A stretch of 37,643 bases of DNA. Source: Nemertoderma westbladi (lineage: Eukaryota > Animalia > Xenacoelomorpha). Positions 23,301 to 36,855 of this stretch are shown one piece after another. The stretch is from NCBI GenBank assembly GCA_032718475.1, contig JAUCBJ010004829.1, positions 1 through 37,643 of the forward strand, given 5' to 3'. A program made the translations under genes and the position numbers. Within the stretch, counting starts at the first letter, position 1, and each line of letters starts with the position of its first letter. The notes beneath the pieces are model-generated. The model was given only the letters and a program-made list of their open reading frames with translations. It made no database searches and was not told where the DNA came from.

Positions 23301-26300
23301 CTCTCTGTATATTTGTATATACTCTTGACTCTCTGTATATTTGTATATACTCTAGACTCTCAGTATATTTGTATATAATTTACTCTGTATATTTGTATTT
23401 AATTTACTCTGTATATTTGTACTCTAGACTCTCTGTATATTTGTATATACTCTTGACTCTCTGTATATTTGTATATACTCTAGACTCTCAGTATATTTGT
23501 ATATAATTTACTCTGTATATTTGTATTTAATTTACTCTGTATATTTATACTCTAGACTCTCTGTATATTTGTATATACTCTTGACTCTCTGTATATTTGT
23601 ATATACTCTAGACGCTCTGTGTATTTGTATATACTCTAGACTCTCTGTATATTTGTATATACTCTAGACTCTCAGTATATTTGTATATAATTTACTCTGT
23701 ATATTTGTACTCTAGACTCTCTGTATATTTGTATATACTCTAGACTCTCTGTATATTTGTATATACTCTTGACTCTCTGTATATTTGTATATACTCTTGA
23801 CTCTCTGTATATTTGTATATACTCTAGACGCTCTGTGTATTTGTATATACTCTTGACTCTCTGCATATTTGTATATACTCTTGACTCTCTGTATATTTGT
23901 ATATACTCTTGACTCTCTGTATATTTGTATATACTCTAGACTCTCTGTATATTTGTATATACTCTAGACGCTCTGTGTATTTGTATATACTCTTGACTCT
24001 CTGTATATTTGTATATACTCTAGACTCTCAGTATATTTGTATATAATTTACTCTGTATATTTGTACTCTAGACTCTCTGTATATTTGTATATACTCTAGA
24101 CTCTCTGTATATTTGTATATACTCTTGACTCTCTGTATATTTGTATATACTCTTGACTCTCTGTACATTTGTATATACTCTAGACTCTCTGTATATTTGT
24201 ATATACTCTAGACTCTGTATATTTGTATATACTCTAGACTCTCTGTATATTTGTAGATACTCTTGACTATCTGTATATTTGTATATACTCTTGACTCTCT
24301 GTATATTTGTATATACTCTTGACTCTCTGTATATTTGTATTTAATTTACTCTGTATATTTATACTCTAGACTCTCTGTATATTTGTATATACTCTTGACT
24401 CTCTGTATATTTGTATATACTCTAGACGCTCTGTGTATTTGTATATACTCTAGACTCTCTGTATATTTGTATATACTCTAGACTCTCAGTATATTTGTAT
24501 ATAATTTACTCTGTATATTTGTACTCTAGACTCTCTGTATATTTGTATATACTCTAGACTCTCTGTATATTTGTATATACTCTTGACTCTCTGTATATTT
24601 GTATATAATCTTGACTCTCTGTACATTTGTATATACTCTAGACTCTCTGTATATTTGTATATACTCTAGACTCTCTGTATATTTGTATATACTCTAGACG
24701 CTCTGTGTATTTGTATATACTCTTGACTCTCTGTATATTTGTATATACTCTAGACTCTCAGTATATTTGTATATAATTTACTCTGTATATTTGTACTCTA
24801 GACTCTCTGTATATTTGTATATACTCTTGACTCTCTGTATATTTGTATGTACTCTAGACTCTCTGTATATTTGTATATACTCTTGACTCTCTGTATATTT
24901 GTATATACTCTTGACTCTCTGTACATTTGTATATACTCTAGACTCTCTGTATATTTGTATATACTCTAGACTCTGTATATTTGTATATACTCTAGACTCT
25001 CTGTATATTTGTATATACTCTTGACTCTCTGTATATTTGTATATACTCTTGACTCTCTGTATATTTGTATATACTCTTGACTCTCTGTATATTTGTATAT
25101 ACTCTTGACTCTCTGTATATTTGTATATACTCTTGACTCTCTGTACATTTGTATATACTCTAGACTCTCTGTATATTTGTATATACTCTTGACTCTCTGT
25201 ATATTTGTATATACTCTTGACTCTCTGTACATTTGTATATACTCTAGACTCTCTGTATATTTGTATATACTCTAGACTCTGTATATTTGTATATACTCTA
25301 GACTCTCTGTATATTTGTATATACTCTTGACTCTCTGTATATTTGTATATACTCTTGACTCTCTGTATATTTGTATATACTCTTGACTCTCTGTATATTT
25401 GTATTTAATTTACTCTGTATATTTATACTCTAGACTCTCTGTATATTTGTATATACTCTTGACTCTCTGTATATTTGTATATACTCTAGACGCTCTGTGT
25501 ATTTGTATATACTCTTGACTCTCTGTATATTTGTATATACTCTAGACTCTCAGTATATTTGTATATAATTTACTCTGTATATTTGTATTTAATTTACTCT
25601 GTATATTTGTACTCTAGACTCTCTGTATATTTGTATATACTCTTGACTCTCTGTATATTTGTATATACTCTAGACTCTCAGTATATTTGTATATAATTTA
25701 CTCTGTATATTTGTATTTAATTTACTCTGTATATTTATACTCTAGACTCTCTGTATATTTGTATATACTCTTGACTCTCTGTATATTTGTATATACTCTA
25801 GACGCTCTGTGTATTTGTATATACTCTAGACTCTCTGTATATTTGTATATACTCTAGACTCTCAGTATATTTGTATATAATTTACTCTGTATATTTGTAC
25901 TCTAGACTCTCTGTATATTTGTATATACTCTAGACTCTCTGTATATTTGTATATACTCTTGACTCTCTGTATATTTGTATATACTCTTGACTCTCTGTAT
26001 ATTTGTATATACTCTAGACGCTCTGTGTATTTGTATATACTCTTGACTCTCTGCATATTTGTATATACTCTTGACTCTCTGTATATTTGTATATACTCTT
26101 GACTCTCTGTATATTTGTATATACTCTAGACTCTCTGTATATTTGTATATACTCTAGACGCTCTGTGTATTTGTATATACTCTTGACTCTCTGTATATTT
26201 GTATATACTCTAGACTCTCAGTATATTTGTATATAATTTACTCTGTATATTTGTACTCTAGACTCTCTGTATATTTGTATATACTCTAGACTCTCTGTAT

Positions 26301-29300
26301 ATTTGTATATACTCTTGACTCTCTGTATATTTGTATATACTCTTGACTCTCTGTACATTTGTATATACTCTAGACTCTCTGTATATTTGTATATACTCTA
26401 GACTCTGTATATTTGTATATACTCTAGACTCTCTGTATATTTGTATATACTCTTGACTATCTGTATATTTGTATATACTCTTGACTCTCTGTATATTTGT
26501 ATATACTCTTGACTCTCTGTATATTTGTATTTAATTTACTCTGTATATTTATACTCTAGACTCTCTGTATATTTGTATATACTCTTGACTCTCTGTATAT
26601 TTGTATATACTCTAGACGCTCTGTGTATTTGTATATACTCTAGACTCTCTGTATATTTGTATATACTCTAGACTCTCAGTATATTTGTATATAATTTACT
26701 CTGTATATTTGTACTCTAGACTCTCTGTATATTTGTATATACTCTAGACTCTCTGTATATTTGTATATACTCTTGACTCTCTGTATATTTGTATATAATC
26801 TTGACTCTCTGTACATTTGTATATACTCTAGACTCTCTGTATATTTGTATATACTCTAGACTCTCTGTATATTTGTATATACTCTAGACGCTCTGTGTAT
26901 TTGTATATACTCTTGACTCTCTGTATATTTGTATATACTCTAGACTCTCAGTATATTTGTATATAATTTACTCTGTATATTTGTACTCTAGACTCTCTGT
27001 ATATTTGTATATACTCTTGACTCTCTGTATATTTGTATGTACTCTAGACTCTCTGTATATTTGTATATACTCTTGACTCTCTGTATATTTGTATATACTC
27101 TTGACTCTCTGTACATTTGTATATACTCTAGACTCTCTGTATATTTGTATATACTCTAGACTCTGTATATTTGTATATACTCTAGACTCTCTGTATATTT
27201 GTATATACTCTTGACTCTCTGTATATTTGTATATACTCTTGACTCTCTGTATATTTGTATATACTCTTGACTCTCTGTATATTTGTATATACTCTTGACT
27301 CTCTGTATATTTGTATATACTCTTGACTCTCTGTACATTTGTATATACTCTAGACTCTCTGTATATTTGTATATACTCTTGACTCTCTGTATATTTGTAT
27401 ATACTCTTGACTCTCTGTACATTTGTATATACTCTAGACTCTCTGTATATTTGTATATACTCTAGACTCTGTATATTTGTATATACTCTAGACTCTCTGT
27501 ATATTTGTATATACTCTTGACTCTCTGTATATTTGTATATACTCTTGACTCTCTGTATATTTGTATATACTCTTGACTCTCTGTATATTTGTATTTAATT
27601 TACTCTGTATATTTATACTCTAGACTCTCTGTATATTTGTATATACTCTTGACTCTCTGTATATTTGTATATACTCTAGACGCTCTGTGTATTTATATAT
27701 ACTCTAGACTCTCTGTATATTTGTATATACTCTAGACTCTCAGTATATTTGTATATAATTTACTCTGTATATTTGTGCTCTAGACTCTCTGTATATTTGT
27801 ATATACTCTAGACTCTCTGTATATTTGTATATACTCTTGACTCTCTGTATATTTGTATATAATCTTGACTCTCTGTACATTTGTATATACTCTAGACTCT
27901 CGGTATATTTGTATATACTCTAGACTCTCTGTATATTTGTATATACTCTAGACGCTCTGTGTATTTATATATACTCTTGACTCTCTGTATATTTGTATAT
28001 ACTCTAGACTCTCTGTATATTTGTATATACTCTTGACTCTCTGTATATTTGTATATACTCTTGACTCTCTGTATATTTGTATATACTCTTGACTCTCTGT
28101 ATATTTGTATGTACTCTAGACTCTCTGTATATTTGTATATACTCTTGACTCTCTGTATATTTGTATATACTCTTGACTCTCTGTACATTTGTATATACTC
28201 TAGACTCTCTGTATATTTGTATATACTCTTGACTCTCTGTATATTTGTATATAATCTTGACTCTCTGTACATTTGTATATACTCTTGACTCTCTGTATAT
28301 TTGTATATACTCTTGACTCTCTGTACATTTGTATATACTCTAGACTCTCTGTATATTTGTATATACTCTAGACTCTCAGTATATTTGTATATAATTTACT
28401 CTGTATATTTGTATTTAATTTACTCTGTATATTTGTATATACTCTTGACTCTCTGTATATTTGTATATACTCTAGACGCTCTGTGTATTTGTATATACTC
28501 TTGACTCTCTGTATATTTGTATATACTCTAGACTCTCAGTATATTTGTATATAATTTACTCTGTATATTTATATTTAATTTACTCTGTATATTTGTACTC
28601 TAGACTCTCTGTATATTTGTATATACTCTTGACTCTCTGTATATTTGTATATACTCTAGACTCTCAGTATATTTGTATATAATTTACTCTGTATATTTGT
28701 ATTTAATTTACTCTGTATATTTGTACTCTAGACTCTCTGTATATTTGTATATACTCTTGACTCTCTGTATATTTGTATATACTCTAGACTCTCAGTATAT
28801 TTGTATATAATTTACTCTGTATATTTGTATTTAATTTACTCTGTATATTTATACTCTAGACTCTCTGTATATATGTATATACTCTTGACTCTCTGTATAT
28901 TTGTATATACTCTAGACGCTCTGTGTATTTGTATATACTCTTGACTCTCTGTATATTTGTATATACTCTAGACTCTCAGTATATTTGTATATAATTTACT
29001 CTGTATATTTATATTTAATTTACTCTGTATATTTGTACTCTAGACTCTCTGTATATTTGTATATACTCTTGACTCTCTGTATATTTGTATATACTCTAGA
29101 CGCTCTGTGTATTTGTATATACTCTTGACTCTCTGTATATTTGTATATACTCTAGACGCTCTGTGTATTTGTATATACTCTTGACTCTCTGTATATTTGT
29201 ATATACTCTTGACTCTCTGTATATTTGTATATACTCTAGACGCTCTGTGTATTTGTATATACTCTTGACTCTCTGTATATTTGTATATACTCTAGACTCT

Positions 29301-32300
29301 CAGTATATTTGTATATACTCTAGACTCTCAGTATATTTGTATATACTCTAGACTCTCAGTATATTTGTATATACTCTAGACTCTCAGTATATTTGTATAT
29401 ACTCTTGACTCTCTGTATATTTGTATATACTCTAGACGCTCTGTGTATTTGTATATACTCTTGACTCTCTGTATATTTGTATATACTCTTGACTCTCTGT
29501 ATATTTGTATATACTCTAGACGCTCTGTGTATTTGTATATACTCTTGACTCTCTGTATATTTGTATATACTCTAGACTCTCAGTATATTTGTATATACTC
29601 TAGACTCTCAGTATATTTGTATATACTCTAGACTCTGTATATTTGTATATACTCTAGACTCTCTGTATATTTGTATATACTCTAGACTCTCTGTATATTT
29701 GTATATACTCTAGACTCTGTATATTTGTATATACTCTAGACTCTCTGTATATTTGTATATACTCTAGACTCTCTGTATATTTGTATATACTCTAGACTCT
29801 GTATATTTGTATATACTCTAGACTCTCTGTATATTTGTATATACTCTAGACTCTCTGTATATTTGTATATACTCTAGACTCTGTATATTTGTATATACTC
29901 TAGACTCTCTGTATATTTGTATATACTCTAGACTCTGTATATTTGTATATACTCTAGACTCTCTGTATATTTGTATATACTCTAGACTCTCTGTATATTT
30001 GTATATACTCTAGACTCTGTATATTTGCATATACTCTTGACTCTCAGTATATTTGTATATACTCTAGACTCTCTGTATATTTGTATATACTCTTGACTCT
30101 CTGTATATTTGTATATACTCTAGACGCTCTGTGTATTTGTATATACTCTTGACTCTCTGTATATTTGTATATACTCTAGACTCTCAGTATATTTGTATAT
30201 AATTTACTCTGTATATTTATATTTAATTTACTCTGTATATTTGTACTCTAGACTCTCTGTATATTTGTATATACTCTTGACTCTCTGTATATTTGTATAA
30301 ACTCTAGACTCTCAGTATATTTGTATATAATTTACTCTGTATATTTGTATTTAATTTACTCTGTATATTTGTACTCTAGACTCTCTGTATATTTGTATAT
30401 ACTCTTGACTCTCTGTATATTTGTATATACTCTAGACTCTCAGTATATTTGTATATAATTTACTCTGTATATTTGTATTTAATTTACTCTGTATATTTGT
30501 ACTCTAGACTCTCTGTATATTTGTATATACTCTTGACTCTCTGTATATTTGTATATACTCTAGACTCTCAGTATATTTGTATATAATTTACTCTGTATAT
30601 TTGTATTTAATTTACTCTGTATATTTATACTCTAGACTCTCTGTATATTTGTATATACTCTTGACTCTCTGTATATTTGTATATACTCTAGACGCTCTGT
30701 GTATTTGTATATACTCTAGACTCTCTGTATATTTGTATATACTCTAGACTCTCAGTATATTTGTATATAATTTACTCTGTATATTTGTACTCTAGACTCT
30801 CTGTATATTTGTATATACTCTAGACTCTCTGTATATTTGTATATACTCTTGACTCTCTGTATATTTGTATATACTCTTGACTCTCTGTATATTTGTATAT
30901 ACTCTAGACGCTCTGTGTATTTGTATATACTCTTGACTCTCTGCATATTTGTATATACTCTTGACTCTCTGTATATTTGTATATACTCTTGACTCTCTGT
31001 ATATTTGTATATACTCTAGACTCTCTGTATATTTGTATATACTCTAGACGCTCTGTGTATTTGTATATACTCTTGACTCTCTGTATATTTGTATATACTC
31101 TAGACTCTCAGTATATTTGTATATAATTTACTCTGTATATTTGTACTCTAGACTCTCTGTATATTTGTATATACTCTAGACTCTCTGTATATTTGTATAT
31201 ACTCTTGACTCTCTGTATATTTGTATATACTCTTGACTCTCTGTACATTTGTATATACTCTAGACTCTCTGTATATTTGTATATACTCTAGACTCTGTAT
31301 ATTTGTATATACTCTAGACTCTCTGTATATTTGTATATACTCTTGACTATCTGTATATTTGTATATACTCTTGACTCTCTGTATATTTGTATATACTCTT
31401 GACTCTCTGTATATTTGTATTTAATTTACTCTGTATATTTATACTCTAGACTCTCTGTATATTTGTATATACTCTTGACTCTCTGTATATTTGTATATAC
31501 TCTAGACTCTCAGTATATTTGTATATAATTTACTCTGTATATTTGTATTTAATTTACTCTGTATATTTGTACTCTAGACTCTCTGTATATTTGTATATAC
31601 TCTTGACTCTCTGTATATTTGTATATACTCTAGACTCTCAGTATATTTGTATATAATTTACTCTGTATATTTGTATTTAATTTACTCTGTATATTTATAC
31701 TCTAGACTCTCTGTATATATGTATATACTCTTGACTCTCTGTATATTTGTATATACTCTAGACGCTCTGTGTATTTGTATATACTCTTGACTCTCTGTAT
31801 ATTTGTATATACTCTAGACTCTCAGTATATTTGTATATAATTTACTCTGTATATTTATATTTAATTTACTCTGTATATTTGTACTCTAGACTCTCTGTAT
31901 ATTTGTATATACTCTTGACTCTCTGTATATTTGTATATACTCTAGACGCTCTGTGTATTTGTATATACTCTTGACTCTCTGTATATTTGTATATACTCTA
32001 GACGCTCTGTGTATTTGTATATACTCTTGACTCTCTGTATATTTGTATATACTCTTGACTCTCTGTATATTTGTATATACTCTAGACGCTCTGTGTATTT
32101 GTATATACTCTTGACTCTCTGTATATTTGTATATACTCTAGACTCTCAGTATATTTGTATATACTCTAGACTCTCAGTATATTTGTATATACTCTAGACT
32201 CTCAGTATATTTGTATATACTCTAGACTCTCAGTATATTTGTATATACTCTAGACTCTCTGTATATTTGTATATACTCTAGACTCTGTATATTTGTATAT

Positions 32301-34499
32301 ACTCTAGACTCTCTGTATATTTGTATATACTCTAGACTCTCTGTATATTTGTATATACTCTAGACTCTGTATATTTGTATATACTCTAGACTCTCTGTAT
32401 ATTTGTATATACTCTAGACTCTCTGTATATTTGTATATACTCTAGACTCTGTATATTTGTATATACTCTAGACTCTCTGTATATTTGTATATACTCTAGA
32501 CTCTGTATATTTGTATATACTCTAGACTCTCTGTATATTTGTATATACTCTAGACTCTCTGTATATTTGTATATACTCTAGACTCTGTATATTTGCATAT
32601 ACTCTTGACTCTCAGTATATTTGTATATACTCTAGACTCTCTGTATATTTGTATATACTCTTGACTCTCTGTATATTTGTATATACTCTAGACGCTCTGT
32701 GTATTTGTATATACTCTTGACTCTCTGTATATTTGTATATACTCTAGACTCTCAGTATATTTGTATATAATTTACTCTGTATATTTATATTTAATTTACT
32801 CTGTATATTTGTACTCTAGACTCTCTGTATATTTGTATATACTCTTGACTCTCTGTATATTTGTATAAACTCTAGACTCTCAGTATATTTGTATATAATT
32901 TACTCTGTATATTTGTATTTAATTTACTCTGTATATTTGTACTCTAGACTCTCTGTATATTTGTATATACTCTTGACTCTCTGTATATTTGTATATACTC
33001 TAGACTCTCAGTATATTTGTATATAATTTACTCTGTATATTTGTATTTAATTTACTCTGTATATTTGTACTCTAGACTCTCTGTATATTTGTATATACTC
33101 TTGACTCTCTGTATATTTGTATATACTCTAGACTCTCAGTATATTTGTATATAATTTACTCTGTATATTTGTATTTAATTTACTCTGTATATTTATACTC
33201 TAGACTCTCTGTATATTTGTATATACTCTTGACTCTCTGTATATTTGTATATACTCTAGACGCTCTGTGTATTTGTATATACTCTAGACTCTCTGTATAT
33301 TTGTATATACTCTAGACTCTCAGTATATTTGTATATAATTTACTCTGTATATTTGTACTCTAGACTCTCTGTATATTTGTATATACTCTAGACTCTCTGT
33401 ATATTTGTATATACTCTTGACTCTCTGTATATTTGTATATACTCTTGACTCTCTGTATATTTGTATATACTCTAGACGCTCTGTGTATTTGTATATACTC
33501 TTGACTCTCTGCATATTTGTATATACTCTTGACTCTCTGTATATTTGTATATACTCTTGACTCTCTGTATATTTGTATATACTCTAGACTCTCTGTATAT
33601 TTGTATATACTCTAGACGCTCTGTGTATTTGTATATACTCTTGACTCTCTGTATATTTGTATATACTCTAGACTCTCAGTATATTTGTATATAATTTACT
33701 CTGTATATTTGTACTCTAGACTCTCTGTATATTTGTATATACTCTAGACTCTCTGTATATTTGTATATACTCTTGACTCTCTGTATATTTGTATATACTC
33801 TTGACTCTCTGTACATTTGTATATACTCTAGACTCTCTGTATATTTGTATATACTCTAGACTCTGTATATTTGTATATACTCTAGACTCTCTGTATATTT
33901 GTATATACTCTTGACTATCTGTATATTTGTATATACTCTTGACTCTCTGTATATTTGTATATACTCTTGACTCTCTGTATATTTGTATTTAATTTACTCT
34001 GTATATTTATACTCTAGACTCTCTGTATATTTGTATATACTCTTGACTCTCTGTATATTTGTATATACTCTAGACTCTCAGTATATTTGTATATAATTTA
34101 CTCTGTATATTTGTATTTAATTTACTCTGTATATTTGTACTCTAGACTCTCTGTATATTTGTATATACTCTTGACTCTCTGTATATTTGTATATACTCTA
34201 GACTCTCAGTATATTTGTATATAATTTACTCTGTATATTTGTATTTAATTTACTCTGTATATTTATACTCTAGACTCTCTGTATATATGTATATACTCTT
34301 GACTCTCTGTATATTTGTATATACTCTAGACGCTCTGTGTATTTGTATATACTCTTGACTCTCTGTATATTTGTATATACTCTAGACTCTCAGTATATTT
34401 GTATATAATTTACTCTGTATATTTATATTTAATTTACTCTGTATATTTGTACTCTAGACTCTCTGTATATTTGTATATACTCTAGACTCTGTATATTTG
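5363..34499. repeat. Satellite DNA array, 28-bp monomer CTCT(A/T)GACTCTCTGTATATTTGTATATA; ~29.1 kb, roughly 1,050-1,100 monomers, with higher-order repeats
   Basis: Continuous head-to-tail monomers in one orientation, with recurrent 26-, 24- and 20-bp and substitution variants. Copy number is estimated from length. Confidence 0.99.
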
Positions 34500-34551
34500 C
34501 TGGGCGGAAAAGCCAACTGGGCGGAAAAGGCTTACTGGGCGGAAAAGCCAA
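34500..34551 (+). repeat. Triplicated CTGGGCGGAAAAG at the RTE 5' junction
   Basis: Copies start at 34500, 34517 and 34535 (units of 17, 18 and 17 bp). Confidence 0.95.
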
Positions 34552-36252
34552 CCAAACACCAAGGTTAAGGCTGAATCACCAGCCGATCGCATCAATGGTT
34601 GGAAAGCCCACTTTGAAAAGCTCCTCAATAATGACAGGGTATTGCCTGATAACTTTATAGAAGTAAAAGTGTCTGAGTCTGTACTCCCAGATATTCCCAT
34701 TGGCGATATCTCCTTTGCAGAAGTGAAGGCTGCTGCAAAGAGCATTAAGACCAATCGTGCCAGTGGAGTAGATGGTGTTCCCCCTGAGGTCTTTAAAATA
34801 CCTGAGTGTTTAAAGCTCATCTATCCCATCATAGTAGACATGTACCGAACAACAAGAGTCCCACAAGAAATGAAAACAAATAAGTTGGTGCCAGTTCCCA
34901 AGAAGGGCAACCTAACACTCTATGGTTCTTTTCGGGGAATCTCATTGATCTCGATTGCTGCAAAGCTATACAATAGGATTCTATTAAATCGCATCAGGGA
35001 TCCCATTGAGAGACTGCTCCGTGGAAATCAGAATGGGTTCCGTAAAGGTCGTGGGACCATGGAGCCCATTTTGGCACTTAGAAGGATAATTGAAGAATTA
35101 TCAAAAAAGAAAGACAGGCATCTGGCTGTTATCTTTGTTGACTTCTTCAAGGCCTTTGATTCAGTCTCTCGCTCACGTATGTTCAGCATACTTTCATTAT
35201 ATGGGATTCCTGATGAAATTATTGCAGCAATCAGATCAGTATACGATGGTTCGACAACATTTGTGTCTACTGTTGACGGTGACACAGAACCATTTGAAGT
35301 GTTATGGGGCGTCCTCCAAGGAGACACACTTGCACCATTCTTGTTCATTATTGTGGTTGACTATGTTCTACGCATGTCCTTAGATCATCATAATGATGAT
35401 GGGGTGATGATAACTCCACCTACTGGCTCCAGAAGTCGAGGAAATCCTGCCAAGTACCTAACTGATCTAGACTTTGCTGATGACTTAGGAGTACTCTCAG
35501 AATCATTAGAGGGAGCCCAACGGCTCCTCAGCTCATTAGAACATGCTGCTTCTAGTGTTGGTCTTTTTATTAACTCCAGAAAGACCAAAATTCTGACTGT
35601 TAACTTTGAAAGTCCTCAGCAAGTCTCTGATCGGATGAGCATAAGCTCAAAGGATGGTATGCTTGAGCATGTGGACGACTTCTGTTACCTGGGATCATGG
35701 ATCCGGAAGTCAGGTGAGGACCTTCGAATACGTAAGGGAAAGGCATGGACAGCCTTGAATAGGCTTTCCAGGATTTGGAAATCACCGAGAATTAATCGGA
35801 AACTTAAGGTCCGATTATTTAGAGCAGCAGTAGTTCCAGTACTCCTCTACGGGAGTCCATGCTGGGCTCTAACTGCTGAGGACACCAAATCTCTGGATGG
35901 CACATTCACAAGAATGCTACGCCGGGTTCATTGTGTCAAGTACAATGCACACATCTCCAACCAGACACTATATAACATTGGAGGTGTCTCATTGGTTCCC
36001 CCAAGCTTGACACTAGAACAAAATCGCCTCCGCTTTGCAGGACATTGCTTTCGCCGTGAGGACCAGCCAGTGCATAATCTTGTACTTTGGCAGCCTCATG
36101 GAGTGAATAAGCATGGTGGACAGCCCATGACTTTCTTGAGACGCATCTTAAAGGACACTGGCCTTAAAGATGCGGATGATCTAGCAAATGTCATGGGTGA
36201 TAGGGAGTTGTGGCGGTGCAATTTTGTTGACAAGCCGGCACAGCATTCTTAA
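34528..36252 (+). CDS. RTE-like reverse transcriptase, N-terminally truncated, uninterrupted frame
   Basis: WKAHFEKLL, ASGVDGVPPE, PVPKKG..FRGISL, NQNGFRKGR, FVDFFKAFDSV, GVLQGDTLAPFLF, DLDFADDL, FCYLGS, LRFAGHCFR. The frame is open upstream of the annotated TTG at 34642 and lacks a native start. Confidence 0.93.
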   Translation, partial: RLTGRKSQPNTKVKAESPADRINGWKAHFEKLLNNDRVLPDNFIEVKVSESVLPDIPIGDISFAEVKAAAKSIKTNRASGVDGVPPEVFKIPECLKLIYPIIVDMYRTTRVPQEMKTNKLVPVPKKGNLTLYGSFRGISLISIAAKLYNRILLNRIRDPIERLLRGNQNGFRKGRGTMEPILALRRIIEELSKKKDRHLAVIFVDFFKAFDSVSRSRMFSILSLYGIPDEIIAAIRSVYDGSTTFVSTVDGDTEPFEVLWGVLQGDTLAPFLFIIVVDYVLRMSLDHHNDDGVMITPPTGSRSRGNPAKYLTDLDFADDLGVLSESLEGAQRLLSSLEHAASSVGLFINSRKTKILTVNFESPQQVSDRMSISSKDGMLEHVDDFCYLGSWIRKSGEDLRIRKGKAWTALNRLSRIWKSPRINRKLKVRLFRAAVVPVLLYGSPCWALTAEDTKSLDGTFTRMLRRVHCVKYNAHISNQTLYNIGGVSLVPPSLTLEQNRLRFAGHCFRREDQPVHNLVLWQPHGVNKHGGQPMTFLRRILKDTGLKDADDLANVMGDRELWRCNFVDKPAQHS

Positions 36253-36290
36253 AAATGCAGCTGCAATGCAGCATGCCGATCCTAGTAGTA

Positions 36291-36855
36291 GTATATTTGT
36301 ATATACTCTAGACTCTGTATATTTGTATATACTCTAGACTCTCTGTATATTTGTATATACTCTAGACTCTGTATATTTGTATATACTCTAGACGCTCTGT
36401 GTAGTGGAAATATACTCTTGACTCTCTGTATATTTGTATATACTCTAGACTCTCAGTATATTTGTATATACTCTAGACTCTCTGTATATTTGTATATACT
36501 CTAGACTCTGTATATTTGTATATACTCTAGACTCTCTGTATATTTGTATATACTCTTGACTCTCTGTATATTTGTATATACTCTAGACTCTCTGTATATT
36601 TGTATATACTCTTGACTCTCTGTATATTTGTATATACTCTAGACTCTGTATATTTGTATATACTCTAGACTCTCTGTATATTTGTATATACTCTTGACTC
36701 TCTGTATATTTGTATATACTCTAGACTCTCTGTATATTTGTATATACTCTAGACGCTCTGTATATTTGTATATACTCTAGACTCTCTGAATATTTGTATA
36801 TACTCTAGACGCTCTGTATATTTGTATTTAATTTACTCTGTATATTTGTACTCTA
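36291..36855. repeat. Distal segment of the 28-bp satellite (~20 monomers)
   Basis: Same monomer, orientation and phase as left of the RTE; ends at ...TGTACTCTA|CCTTTT. Confidence 0.98.

Larger units (their letters stand above)
34500..36290 (+). mobile_element. 5'-truncated RTE-clade non-LTR retrotransposon inserted in the satellite
   Basis: RT frame, very short 3' UTR, TAGTAGTA tail, TSD GTATATTTG at 34491-34499 and 36291-36299. No endonuclease domain present. Confidence 0.95.

Noticed and set aside
6004-33514. Dozens of 60-126 aa ORFs (YILLTLCIFV.../YRESRVYTNIQ...)
   Set aside because: They are translations of the 28-bp monomer (84-bp period) that stay open where TAG/TGA variants fall out of frame; most use non-ATG starts.
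34482-35785. Short ORFs overlapping the RT (34482-34820, 35028-35348, 35090-35383, 35388-35588, 35600-35785)
   Set aside because: Antisense or alternate-frame shadows of the RT gene with no motifs.
5363-36855. CRISPR-like array, or an RT-plus-array system (telomerase/retron/DRT-like) in which the RT writes the repeats
   Set aside because: No unique spacers or cas genes. The RT is an ordinary 5'-truncated RTE with a TSD and tail, inserted after the array existed, and it contains no monomer template.
5363-36855. Telomeric repeat
   Set aside because: Flanked by non-satellite sequence on both sides, no G-rich strand, and variants are propagated in kb blocks rather than as template-uniform units.
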